A DNA stretch of 63,028 bases, counting the filler, from Choristocarpus tenellus KU-1152 (taxonomy: Eukaryota > Protista > Phaeophyceae): NCBI GenBank assembly GCA_964200185.2. It is 13 parts of 13 records of this genome, joined end to end, with 100 filler letters (N's around TTAATTAATTAA, not from the genome) between each part and the next. Parts side by side here need not be neighbours in the genome. Positions count along the whole stretch, not along the records: positions 1 to 11,380 come from CAXNAD020002356.1; positions 11,481 to 14,593 come from CAXNAD020022239.1; 11 more parts are not named here. One strand, 5' to 3'. The notes below the pieces were generated by a model, which did no database searches, had not been told where the DNA came from, and saw nothing but the letters and a program-made list of their open reading frames with translations. The position numbers and the translations under genes are program-made. This document shows, piece by piece, positions 1 to 12,135 of this stretch. The stretch's first letter is position 1; every line of letters starts with the position of its first letter.

Positions 1-1133
1 GTATAGAGTGGAACATCTGTTCGTTCTTCTTTGTGGACTTGGTTGGTGAGTTTTTTTTTGTGGATGTGACCTATCAATCCCTTGCTTATACCAACCACAT
101 ACACTCGAATAAATATTTATAACTAGTAGTAGTAGAAGAAGACGTATGCATGTATGTATGTACTGTATAGTACAATCTGTAGTGTACCATACATATTATA
201 AGAATACCAAAACCATTACCGCCCCCCCCCCAGGGGGCCCCGTCTGTCCTTATACCTTTGGCTTGGTCAAGGTCGCTTCCAAATTGTTTTGGTGTCCTCC
301 ACAAGCACCGAAATAGGTTTGAACAAAAACATATCCCATTCAAAAAGGGGCCCTTAAAAAGTGCCGCAACATTTACAAAAAAAACATATCGACACTTTTT
401 CCCGGTTAATTTTGAGTCAAACCCGTCCTCCATAGTATCCTCTATCCTCAATTTTGAGAATACGCTGTTCTCGGAGTTCACTGTGGACATGGTTGGCAAA
501 CACACTACCATAATGCCTCATTAGTTACCATGCTTTTTTGAATTTATTTTCTAAACGTCTTTAATATATCACAGACAATTCTTTTAGTGGAGGAAGAGCT
601 TTTAATAGCTGGAACGAGTCTTTTCGTCCCTGAATGGTGATCTTTCAGAAGAAATATATTTGTGCTGGTTATTAGAGCATTGATCTGTTTTTTTAATAGG
701 AACACATCTTCTGTTTGGTATCTAGAAGAACTTTCATCACGTAAGACCCAACAGTTGTAAATATGGCAAGTGCATTTCAGATGGAACATGAATAATGAAT
801 CACATACATCCGTCCACCTCCAGTCTGAATAACCTTCCTCATTCCAGCATCAAATCCCTTCTGAGCCACCAGTCATTGCAACTACAGTGAGGAAGCATCG
901 CATAGGCAGGCGTGGAATGTAGTTGACCTAAGCCTCCCCAAACGTGTCTATTATTGGCCTAGTAAGGTATTGTGGTGGTATGTGGATTGTGGGTGTGAAG
1001 AATTCTGAATATGAGCATACAAAGCGTTTTTGGAATTTCTAAACTCCTTGACATCTCTAGCATAGATTAAAGAAAAAATGTAGTGGACGAAAACGTTTTT
1101 AATAGCTGGAACAGGCGTTTTCGTCCCTGAACA

Positions 1134-1316
1134 GACCCCAAGTATCTTGGGGGGGGGGGGGGGGGTAGGGTCTACACCACGGTGTCCATTTTAGGGAAAA
1201 ATCAGGAAAAGTGCAATTGCATTATCCATCCGCAACCAAATCACCAAAAACTCTCCACATGAAAAAATTGACCCCAAATGCACAGCCACCCCCCTCCCCC
1301 CCAGATACTTTAAGCC
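1134..1316 (+). mobile_element. MITE, short poly-G/poly-C class (class A), complete
   Basis: Left TIR GACCCCAAGTATCTTGGGG, right TIR CCCCCAGATACTTTAAGCC. AACA is duplicated at 1130-1133 and 1317-1320. The internal sequence is shared with copies at 3098, 11520, 12197 and 30271. Confidence 0.9.
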
Positions 1317-3097
1317 AACACGATATCTGCTGAAAGATGATTAGTGGATTAGATGCAAAAAAAACAGGAGAGCCAAACCCTGATAGGATAGGATTTTCTC
1401 GAAATGGGAAGATCTTATTGTTGTTTGTATCATATACAATGCATTCGATTATTAAGTTGGCCGGAGAAAATGATGATTAATCGGGCTGAATAGTTAGCAC
1501 TTAAGGCAAGAACTTCAAACCCTTCCAGAGGTCTCATCATACAGATCCGAACCCACGAACAATGAAATGCGAAGTGAGTTGTGAGTAATGACACCTTGTG
1601 ACCAATATGGATAGTTATATACATGTATGCGTATTCTGTGATCTCTAACACGCTCGTTTGGAGTTGTCACACCACAACTCTCTTTACTGTGATTGAAATT
1701 AAAAACTGAACCCTTTCGGTTCAGTAATTTTTTGAATATTCCGATTAATCAAGCTGAAGTCGATTCTGATCAATATACGGCCACAATTATTCACAACACT
1801 AGATTAGTTCAATAGAAAATCTCTGTTAAACGCCATTTTTCTTATGTATTTTTGTTCTGCACTCCCCCCACACTTTGCCAACCTTCCTAGCTCACCGTTG
1901 TTACCACTTCTTTTTTTTTCATCATCATGTTAGGGCTTGTTTTCTCAACATGCCGAAGTATGGCAAAAATTTAACAAAGAGCATCGTTATTTCGGAATTC
2001 CAGACAAATTTTTTTCGAATACTTTTTTGTTTTTCTTGATTGTTCAATGTTCCTTGCGGACTTCCTGGACGTTATGAAATATATTTGACAGCGAAAAGCT
2101 TTTTTGTAAAGAAACTTCCTGTTGTTGTACTCAACATCCCGGCCCACAACAACACACAACAAATTCTGGTGTTGACCCTCTTCAGGCTATTTTCAAACCT
2201 GAGTTCCTCCATTTTGACGTAACAACCTTACCTACATTATGTCTCCTAGACAGTACCAGAGGCCTACTGCCGAGTCCAATCAGCAGGCCCTCAGCAAACC
2301 TCCTGTTATCTTTTTAGGAGACCGTAGTCAGGCACAGGGACACATTCTGCAATATGCATCTTGCAGCTGGAGGGGACTAGTCAGATATAGAAGACAGCAA
2401 CAACACGTGGAATAGTTTATGGAGATTAGTAAGGAGGCCTAAAAGAGATGTTGGTAGTTGGAGGTGCACACAGAGTGAACTTTCTTACTGCTTGAAACCC
2501 AAGTGTTGAAGTTATAACTATATTAAATGGGGTTTATTCTTATCACAAGTCCATTTCACATATTGCATTCATAGGTAAACACTATTTGCCTATCTATTTC
2601 CACCCACGTTTTTATCTTACAAAAATATCAAAACCATCAATAATCATATACATACTCTGCACTGTTGGGAGATCTGTTTTCATCTGTACGTCCCCACATC
2701 CCCCAATCATAAAACATCCATCCACACACTACTCCTGACGGAAGGTTATCTGATTTTTGGTGATCAGAATGGACTTTCAGGCATCACATTTGGAAGCCCC
2801 TATGTTATGATCAAAATGGGTAAAATTCACAACTCAACATAATAATTCGACTCTCTGTGGCTTGCAATCAGAAATTTTGAAATAAGAGGCATTCACCCTG
2901 CAATGCCCCTTACTCCCCTTCTTCTTGACGTAACTATATTTGTCACCTCCAACTGTGTGTCGTGTAATCCAGTACTTCACTTGAATACACTTTTCATTAG
3001 CTAGGTTCTCAGGTACTATATACAATGTACTGTAGTGACGAGAAGCAGCCACTACTCTATAGATGCTTTTCACTGTTCACTATTGTTCTTCAGTACA

Positions 3098-3273
3098 GAC
3101 CCAAAAGTATCTGTGGGGGGGTGGGGGGATTACACCAGGGTGTCCATTTGAACCATCACCAGGAAAAGTGCACTTAAATTATCCAACGTATGCAACCAAA
3201 TAACCCAAAAACCGCGACATGAAAAAATTGACCCCAAATATACAGCCGGCACCCCCCTCCAGATACGTTGAAC
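3098..3273 (+). mobile_element. MITE class A, complete
   Basis: GACCCAAAAGTATCT...AGATACGTTGAAC, with TACA duplicated at 3094-3097 and 3274-3277. Same internal sequence as 1134-1316. Confidence 0.88.
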
Positions 3274-5129
3274 TACACCTACCTGTAATGTGTATCCTAC
3301 AGAAAATAAATATAGGAATCTGGGTCATGTTTATGACCTTGGTTGACAAGAGGGTCCCATCCCAAATCCGGTCGAATTTTGAGTCTGAAGGAGTATGAGA
3401 CATAAATATTTATGACACGAATCCTCTCGTTATCATGTCGTATCAATCAGAAATGACCTGTGCTCTTCAATGCTCTGGTCATTGTGTGTAAAACTATCCG
3501 TCATCAGGAAAGAATAGACATGCATGGGACGATGTATTGATCATATTGAACTATATGCACCTCTGACGTATACAGAGATTCTTGGACGGTATAGCACAAG
3601 ACAAAGCTCATGGCATCAACTGGAGAGCAACAAACCTGTACCTGCAGATCACTGCAGAGAGGCTCAGACCTCCTGTTCAAAACGAATCCTTGGGCATCTC
3701 TCCAGAAATGTCACAGATTTCCCCAATATATTGGGAGACGCTGAAATTGTGTCCACTACTATTCCGTTCGATTTTCCCCTATCTTGAAACTATTTTTTAA
3801 TATGTAGTTCCTTACAAAACTAAATGAAGTAAACTTCTAACGACCACCACCAAAAGATATCTTAGCAGTTTGGTGGTTTTCTGACCATTCAAAATGTACA
3901 TGCTATAAAAATGGTCTTTGCATTTTGATGAGGGCCTTGATCCAAATCTGAGCTCAAACCTTACCTATCACGAAAGATTGTTGCCACAAAACGACTTAAC
4001 TATAAACAATCTATTGTTGACCTTCAAGAGGACAAAGTTGATTTTTTAAAATCTGAATCGGTCGTATCGTCTGCCCGCAGTTAGAACTATATTACAAAAA
4101 TCAATTGGTATGAGGACAAGGTGATGTTTCCACAATCAAATCAATACATGGAGGGTGGCATATTGACAGTCGTAGTGTGTTACATGGACCATAATAGTAT
4201 GACAGTTACACTCTCTGACTTGGACAAGATCAATTACTACTGTATTTTCAAGATAATGAGATTGTGTTTCATCACATTCATTCATAATAGCCATAGGGCA
4301 CATCTCGATTTTCAGGGGAGTGGTATTTGTTTTATTTTTATTTTTAAGGCTCCGTACCAGCCTTAAGTACAAAATGGTTGCACCTACATCCAACCTACCT
4401 ATTTGGACTTGAAAAGCCCTCACCAGTCAAGTGCCATTATCATGAATGGTAGTTAGATGAGGGGTTCATGAACCATGTTAGTGTCTTAAAATGTAACACA
4501 GGGCAGTCAGGATATTGCATGTGTACACATCAAGTGTGGAGTACAAACTAAATCTTGATGTGCGGGTCCTTAAGCAGTTGCCTGATCTTCACTATCACTA
4601 AAATGGTTGGACAACAGGAAATTGCAATAGGTCTCGGTAGGGGCAGGGATAAGTCTCTGGCAATAGTTACAATTCTCTAAATAAAGTTGCCTGTATAGCT
4701 TATGTCATCATTATGCACTTGGATTTCAAGAATCAATGTGTATATTTTTTTGCTACATAAGTAAATGCTTCACAGAACACTGAAAGCAAAAATCTAGTTT
4801 TCTTGGGATCATTATGTAGATCTACAACAATTGCCTAAAATTGATCGGGATCTAAGTGCTAATGATATTGTTACTCTTGAATGGATAGGAGTTTATCGAC
4901 AAAATCTACAACCTGTTATCATTTTTGTACCAAACGAAAATGGAAAGGTCTATACATTCGTTGGGGCTTTACAATGTAAAGTATAGTAGCCCCAGCTTCA
5001 CGTGGGAACTAATTGGTTGGACTGATGGCACAAACTACCACGACTACTACACACATGTGAACCTCACAGTAATGTTAGGGACAAGTGAAACAAAACACGA
5101 CTAGCAACAAAACCGCCTGTGATTTCAAC

Positions 5130-8100
5130 TTACAGCGTACAAGTGGAGGGCGGGAAGCATAGCTCTATCATCCCTTCCCTTACATGTGACTCTATCTCGC
5201 CTGGTACTTTGGAACACAAAAGTCCTTTGATTGTTGCTACCATGCCCGAGAAAGAAGATCTAGGACGCAAGATGAATGTAGAGTCTAAGAGGAAAAAGAA
5301 ATCTGTCAAGGCGGCGAGTTCAGCCTTCTTCTTATCCCTGGTGAAATAAGTATGATGATCTTCAGGAGCCAAGTGAAGATCAATGAAGGAAACATTCCAT
5401 GGCTGGTTGCTGGTCTCTGCCTTCATTGCTGGACTGCAGATATGGCGAGGAGTATGTGCAATATGTTAGGGTTAGTGAAAATTCCAGTGAAGGTCATCAG
5501 GAGGGCGCACTAGGATGTACAAATGGCAGAAACATCCATGGCGTGAGAAGCACCATCATCCCATGTATATTCAACTTCCAATTCGAGGCTGTATGTAAAT
5601 TAGTATGCGACCACATCATTGTCATACTTGATACTATCCATAAAAGACAACATAATGATGTAGAGTAGTTGTTAGAGCTCAGCATTACGGTAGGGGCAGC
5701 AAGGTTGATGGGGTGAAAACACCCATCCGAGATCAAGGTGGTAGTGGATGGGGGCAAACATCAACCTCAATATACAATCAACTGATTTGCCCGTTACATT
5801 GAGCCAACAACAGGGTGCACTTGATGTGCACCATCACCTATCCCTCCTAATTCGTTCATCAGCATCACCCCATACAAGCAATCCTAGCATAGTTTGCACC
5901 ATAGATAACAACATGCACAACTTCATCTGACTTTTGCTCGTTCTGAGGCAAAGACTCAAAATAGATTTATAGAGTAAGACCAAAACAATTCAATAGAAAA
6001 AGCTGTAGGCTACAGTTTAGAATAAAGAGGTCATCAGCAGCACTGTTATTGCAACACTTCCTGCTCCTGTTAGCGTCCACAGCTGTGCTACTAATTACCA
6101 TCACTAAGAGTCAAAGCAAATGCAAGGTATCCATAGTTGCCCTTCAAGGATGCTTACAAATATGCACAAATTTCGACATTTTTTTTTCACAAATGCATAG
6201 AGGATATTTTCTGAAATGTGTCAAAACACCTTAAGCAAGAGAGATATCAATGCTCAAGTCAAATTAGCACCTCATCTATAAAAAAAACCCGGTTGAAATG
6301 CAATATAGTCAAAACCTGGGTGCCTCTTGTCTATTTTGACTCAAAAACAATCATCTCAGTGCTTCCCTACACCTTTTTCCAGAGTAGTATAATCTGCCAC
6401 AAATTAGTATGTTCATGTGCCCCAGGTCCTGTGCTACAAAGATTACAGACTAGCAGCACAAGCAGGTGGAACAATGGCCGAAAAACTGGATATATTGCTA
6501 ACTTCCAACTGCACAGCCTGCACAAAATGTGCTTCTCCTGTGAATATTCACATGGCAGGAAAGTGAAGTACTCCAGAGCAATACACAATTAATTACAGAT
6601 CTACCCGGTATGGATTCAGTGCCGTAGCATCAACTGGAACATTCATCAGCATGGATTTAAGTGGGCATCAAATTCTGGGAGAGTTGGTAAAATCCTGGTG
6701 AATTCTTGTACTGAGAGGGTTGCAGCAATAATCTAATGATATCAATGCAGTAATTACTCCTTCCCCTCTTATCACTGAAAAAAGGTACGCACTATGGTGA
6801 TCTAGCTTGCATGGGGAATTGTATACGCTGTGTAGCGTTGGCTCTGAATGTCAAGTCGACAGGAAAGCAGTAGAGTCTATCAAAGCTAAAGCAATGTTCA
6901 CATGTGACTGCTGTATTTGACTCCTAAATGAGAACACACCCACAAGCAACACACTGCCCTCAATACAAAAAATAGGCAGTAATAGAACCTGGCTACAGAT
7001 ACTGGTGTGCTATACATGACCATGGGAGAAAAAGTTGGGAGTAACTGTTGAAGTACCCATGATGGTAGTTTCTCAAGCAAAAAAGACCACCATAAATGGA
7101 AGAAATAGGGCCTGCAAATTTTTCTCACTCAAAGAGTCGAAATCTCACACGAATTGTGGCCAAAACTGCCTACCTGTTGGTGGACAAGTAGACTGGGGTA
7201 TTGCGATTGGCAGAACACACACTGGCCGCGTATGCCATCGCATTAGAGTAAGAAGAAATTACTTGTTCAGGGGTTTCCACAAAAACGTAGGGGTGTCTAT
7301 TGTGGTTAAACGAGAGTCTTGTCTCCCCATCAGCTGTCCTGATGTGCCATGCGGCATGGCTTGTAGAAGTGGCAGGAAAGGGCTTCAGGTTCACCAATGT
7401 CTGCACCAGGTTGGGGCTATTGGAAGAACAGGCCCATGTAGGCACAGAAGAAAAGAATATCGGAGGGGAGTTCAGTCAGGCGAGAATTCAAAAGGTGCTC
7501 ACATACCACACAACAGCACTTCGATCCCTGTAGTCATCTCCCAATACCAAACATCTATCAGAAGCATTGATATTGACAGGCATTTCATCCTCTATCCATT
7601 TCCCACTCCTTCCACACAGGGAAGGAATCGCCCGTTGTTCCTCACACAGTTTCCCATGATGTCGTAACATTTTTGGGGGGAATCATGGGGCATCATTTCC
7701 GTCTCTCCATTTGACTCCCTCCTGAAAACCCTTTCACAACTTACCCCCCAAGTTCATCATGATGAATAAGCCCCAGCTTTCGAATTCCACAACACCATTG
7801 CACGGTAGTAAACTACAGGATGATTCCAACAGTCTGCGGAGATGGATCGCAGTTGTCCAATGTTACAAAAACAAACCTTGTTTTCAGAAACATGATCCAC
7901 AACACACAGAGACCTCACCTGCGTTCAAAGAACATGTTCCACACACAGGGCTGCAGCTTCTGCCATTGAATGCTCTGACTCTGGTATATCCTTGGAATGA
8001 GATGCCTCATATACCTGACCCTGCGATTCACTGCATCAGCAAGTGCAACACCACCACTCTCAGTTCCAGTAGCCTCGGCAATGCGGGCAAGTTGTGTTGA

Positions 8101-9993
8101 GTTGAGGAGCATGGCACCATCAGGAAATAACAAGGCATGCCGTTCGCCTTCCATGTCTTCACCTGATCCAAATGTGAATTACAATTGAGAACAGTTGATT
8201 GACAGCACGCTTTATGTTTCCCACAAGCCCATCTGTGGCCAATTAAGAGGTCCTTGGCAAAGAGGAGAGCAGGTCTCATCTATCATCTCCTTGTTTCTTA
8301 CTCAGTGGGAATCTCTCCAACCTTCCTGCTGTTTTACCCACCAGGCTACGCCTCCCCTGCCCTGTCCCCAAGGCCCACAAGTGCTTCACACTTTAACTTG
8401 GAATCCTTTCTGATCATTGCGACAACTAGTTGCCCTCAGGTAGTAATATTTGACCCCACTACATACACAAGTAGGCAATACATTGCACATCATGGAATAC
8501 TATCAAGCACATCATCCATAAACTTAGCGTGACGGCAAGGGGTTTACCAGAGAAGTAAGACTTCAGAATTACACACAAGGTTAGCTGACTCCGCAATCAA
8601 GAACCTGTGCATTTATAAAACCATTCAGAAACCTGCCCTTCCCTTTTCGAAAGTGCTGCATTTGCACTATCTGCATCTGACTATAGCAGTCCAAATCCAC
8701 CCATACCTTTTAGGATCAAGTCTTGGCAAAACTTGATACCCAGTCTAGCTAACTTGCTTTGAGAGGAGGAAGTATTTGTGTCAAACGTTCATTCCAATGC
8801 AAGAAAAAAAAAAAGTTCACTGTTCTCTCTCATTTATACTATAGCCCATTCATTGATGCACCAAGCATGCACAGGCCTTGCAATACACGTCAGAGAAGGC
8901 CCTTCCGTTGGCAGGGAGCACACAAGGACAGCGTAGTCAGGGTTGTTTCGTTTGGAACCACAATGTAGCTGATACTTGCAGATTGCAACCATCGAAGGTC
9001 CTACCCATCCTTTTTCCAGGGAATCCAATTAACGCCATATTTGCCTTCTTGAAAAAAGTTCCGAAGACTAAAAAGCGTTATCCGGTACGCACTTACAGGT
9101 TGTTGGTTATTGCATGCACATTATGCGCTTGTTCGGAATGAAATTTCAAGCAAGAAATACCTATATATGGGTCACTTTCACAGCCAAGGCACAACACACT
9201 GACGTCCAGTTCCCTTTCAAACACAGGGAGAATACAAAAGCACAAATTATCTCTCAACCCAAATACACCAAGTGATCCCAACGGATAGATTGCACACTCC
9301 CCCTTTACCTCGCATTGCGCTTTGTAAGTACTGATCTTCTGTGGTAGTCACTTCATTCCTGACTCACCACCTTTCACAGCAGCCACCTCCTTCATGAAGG
9401 GTGCAGGGTCTACATCCCACCGGATTTCATTTGTCGACAAAGCCAATTTAAAACCCTCAAAACCCGAGCGATCCAGCACAATAGCTATTCCGAGATTGAA
9501 TGATATCTGCAAGGCAGGCACAATGGTGAGAGTAACTTGAGGACTGATGCTCATGTCAAAAGGGTGCATTTCATAGCACCCCTTTGAAGAGTGGATCAGG
9601 AAAAAGTATGAAGAACATGATATATATATATATATATATACATATATACAGTGCATGCCGATATCAAGCCCTTCCTCATCTCACCTCGATTATATCATGC
9701 AGAGCAATGAACAGATTGCCTACACGTGGAAAGACTGTGAAGACAATAACTTGAGAATTGATGAGTCCATGATCCTGAACAGAAGGCCATGATCCCCAGG
9801 TAGGATCACATCCACTGCTTGGGTTACTAATAAATGGTGCAGACGACCATTTAGAGTCATCCAACTCCGCCGCTTGGACGATGAGCAGGTGCATCAAAAA
9901 GCTGACCAGAACCACCAGCAACACTGTCCATGACCTTTGCAAGTCCAGCAGGTTGGAAAAGCGGGGTTTGCATGGACCATCACAGACAATCAT
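5130..9993 (-). CDS. GDP-fucose-dependent fucosyltransferase-like glycosyltransferase (alpha-1,2/alpha-1,6 FucT superfamily), 5 exons, 412 aa
   Basis: Exons 9993-9685, 9506-9368, 8162-7919, 7416-7174 and 5433-5130. All introns are GT-AG with compatible phases (0,1,2,2), total 1239 nt, no internal stop. N-terminal TM anchor WTVLLVVLVSFLMHLLIV; RVGNLF (GxGN-like); PCVWNMFFERSP; motif I AAWHIRTADG; motif II PVYLSTNSPAMK; motif III ALTDFFFLLDSTFILRPRSSFSGMVA. Confidence 0.82.
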
Positions 9994-11343
9994 TGTAGTA
10001 TGGAACTAACCGAATCCTAGCAGCTTGCATTTTACCTGTATAAATCGATTTGAAGCTTCTAAAGAGTGACACAGTCAGGTGTACGTTTTGTCACAAGAGT
10101 CTCAGAAGCAGAATTTATCCCAACCAGTCTCCACCAATGCCAAAGAACCTACACTTTACGATGAATGCAAGCACGCCCAATCTTCATTTTATGAGAAAGG
10201 CACACAATATCATTTCTGAGGGAATGTTTCCAACCAATTATGAAACTATCGATAGACCAGAAGAGAAAAGATGTACCCCCTATGGCATTTACCACTTTGC
10301 TCTGTGCATGAGGATTATAACTCCAAGGAAAGATGTCACCATTCGATCCCTCTGCACTCAGAAAGGAACACCTCTCAAAAGGCGCTACAAAAAGGTAGTG
10401 TCAAAAGTTAATGAGGCATCAAACCAGAAAAGAGGGGCAAACAGAATGTGTATCAGCACACCACAGGAAGTGCTACTGCGGCTCAGTCAATAATAGATGG
10501 ATTGCCCTCCCACAGCGCTATGTTAATTGCAATTCATACAATAGAGGAATGATAAGTTTATCTTTCCTCTTGGATTCAACAGTCGCATCAAAAAGTCAGT
10601 GTTGAACAAACATCAGCCTCAACGCTTTCAAGGGTACACTCTCCACATTAAATAATTTGTTATTTGACAATACACATTCCTCTCGGATATGCACACTGCA
10701 AGTGTTAGCTGAGACCACCAAAGCCAATGGGGCACTAACGATTAGCCGAATTTCAATACTCTTAATCCATACGTTCAATAAATCGAAGTTGGTAGTGCAA
10801 GCATTGTTTTAGGTTCAGATACACAACAACTGACTACTTACAAGTCGATCGTTGAATTAGGTAGGTAACAGTAAGCGGGAGGCAACAAATCTAGTTATGG
10901 AAGCCACGCATGTTACTTGATTGTGGGCAGCAAATAAAGATAATGACAATGAATTGGAATGGACAAGGTAACTATGTGAGCCTTGATTCCAGATCCCTGT
11001 TGGCTACGCCGTTATTTCAGGTTTATCGTGTGACCAAACATCCTATCACTTACTGTAAGCAAAAACCACAGTTAAGAATAACGTAGAACGAAAGAGCTCT
11101 TCAGCTATGAAGATCGATCGTTATTGGTAGGTCACACGAAACCACGACACAACCAGGAGACTATTCCGCACAAAGAAATGGCTTGCCAGGTGTGATAGGG
11201 ACAAGAGTGGCAGACCTGCGTTCTTTACAGATGCCTGGTTGGTTCCAATCTTATCATTGTGCAATACACTCATTAGATATGATGGATGAAGAACATGCTC
11301 GGAAAATCAAATGCCCCCCACCCCGTCCCCAGCACAGTCATCT

Positions 11344-11380
11344 GGATCAAAGTATCTCGGGGGGGGGGGTGCCGGCGTCC
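11344..11380 (+). mobile_element. MITE class A left end, cut by contig break
   Basis: GGATCAAAGTATCTCGGGGGGG runs into the linker. Confidence 0.7.
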
Positions 11381-11480
11381 NNNNNNNNNNNNNNNNNNNN
11401 NNNNNNNNNNNNNNNNNNNNNNNNTTAATTAATTAANNNNNNNNNNNNNNNNNNNNNNNNNNNNNNNNNNNNNNNNNNNN
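11381..11480. other. Artificial contig linker (first of 12)
   Basis: 44 N + TTAATTAATTAA (stops in all six frames) + 44 N. Identical linkers at 14594-14693, 20880-20979, 23784-23883, 27647-27746, 31803-31902, 35207-35306, 43468-43567, 48207-48306, 52134-52233, 55520-55619 and 58768-58867. Confidence 0.98.
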
Positions 11481-11519
11481 GCGGCTGTGGGTACTGGTCT
11501 GCGAAGGCAGGCGGGTGCG

Positions 11520-11689
11520 GGGGGGGGGGGGGGGGGGGGTCAACACTAGGGTGCCCATTTGGACCGTAACTAGGAAAAGTGTACTTACATTATCCATCCG
11601 ACGTATGCAACCCAACCACGCAACAATCGCTACATGAAAAAATTGACCCCAAATCGACAGCCGCCACCCCCTCCCAGATTCTTTGGGTC
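11520..11689 (+). mobile_element. MITE class A, left TIR missing at contig start
   Basis: Poly-G, GGGTGCCCATTTGG, conserved core, right TIR CCCAGATTCTTTGGGTC. Confidence 0.85.
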
Positions 11690-12135
11690 AGGATATCCTA
11701 CCACTGCATTGAAGTGCCAAAATTAAGTTCGGCACCGTGCTCAACTAACTTTCGAGGGAGAGCATAGATCAACGAGTAGTTTGCTCTGCTAACGGCTTTG
11801 TGTTCCCCCAACCAAACACCTTTACTGTCTGTTACTGTCTGATATCTCAAAAATTGACAGAGACATTATCCTTTTCCTATCTGTCACTCCGACTCTCCAC
11901 TGTCCCATCCACCAAACCTCCCCGATCTGGTTGACATATGAAAGGCTGGAGAACCGCCCTGAAAAAGATGTCGTGGAGCAATAGAGGACGCCCCCAAATC
12001 CTCCCCCTGTTTGACTCCATACCGCAAATCACAGGTGACGTTCTAGACATGACCAAAATATAGGAATCCAGCACAGCAAGAGTTATGACAATTTAATGGA
12101 ATCCTCACAGAGCAGACTTTACTCTTTTGATTGTC

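Noticed and set aside
1705-1733. Hairpin ACTGAACC-CTTTC-GGTTCAGT followed by a T-run, like an intrinsic terminator
   Set aside because: Eukaryotic context, no upstream bacterial-type gene, and no Helitron CTRR end.
3960-4986. Stop-riddled plus-strand frames with faint Lon-protease-like words (VSGNSY, VIIFVPNEN)
   Set aside because: The pieces are in different frames and too short to support a call.
7035-7667. 210-aa plus-strand ORF
   Set aside because: Largely the antisense shadow of fucosyltransferase exon 4 and adjacent intron; no motifs.
11425-11436. Recurring TTAATTAATTAA between N runs as a biological repeat
   Set aside because: Identical 100-nt construct at all 12 sites with stops in six frames: an assembly linker.
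11344-11689. One MITE spanning the first linker
   Set aside because: Flanks ATCT and AGGA do not match as a TSD, so these are probably different copies on unrelated contigs.
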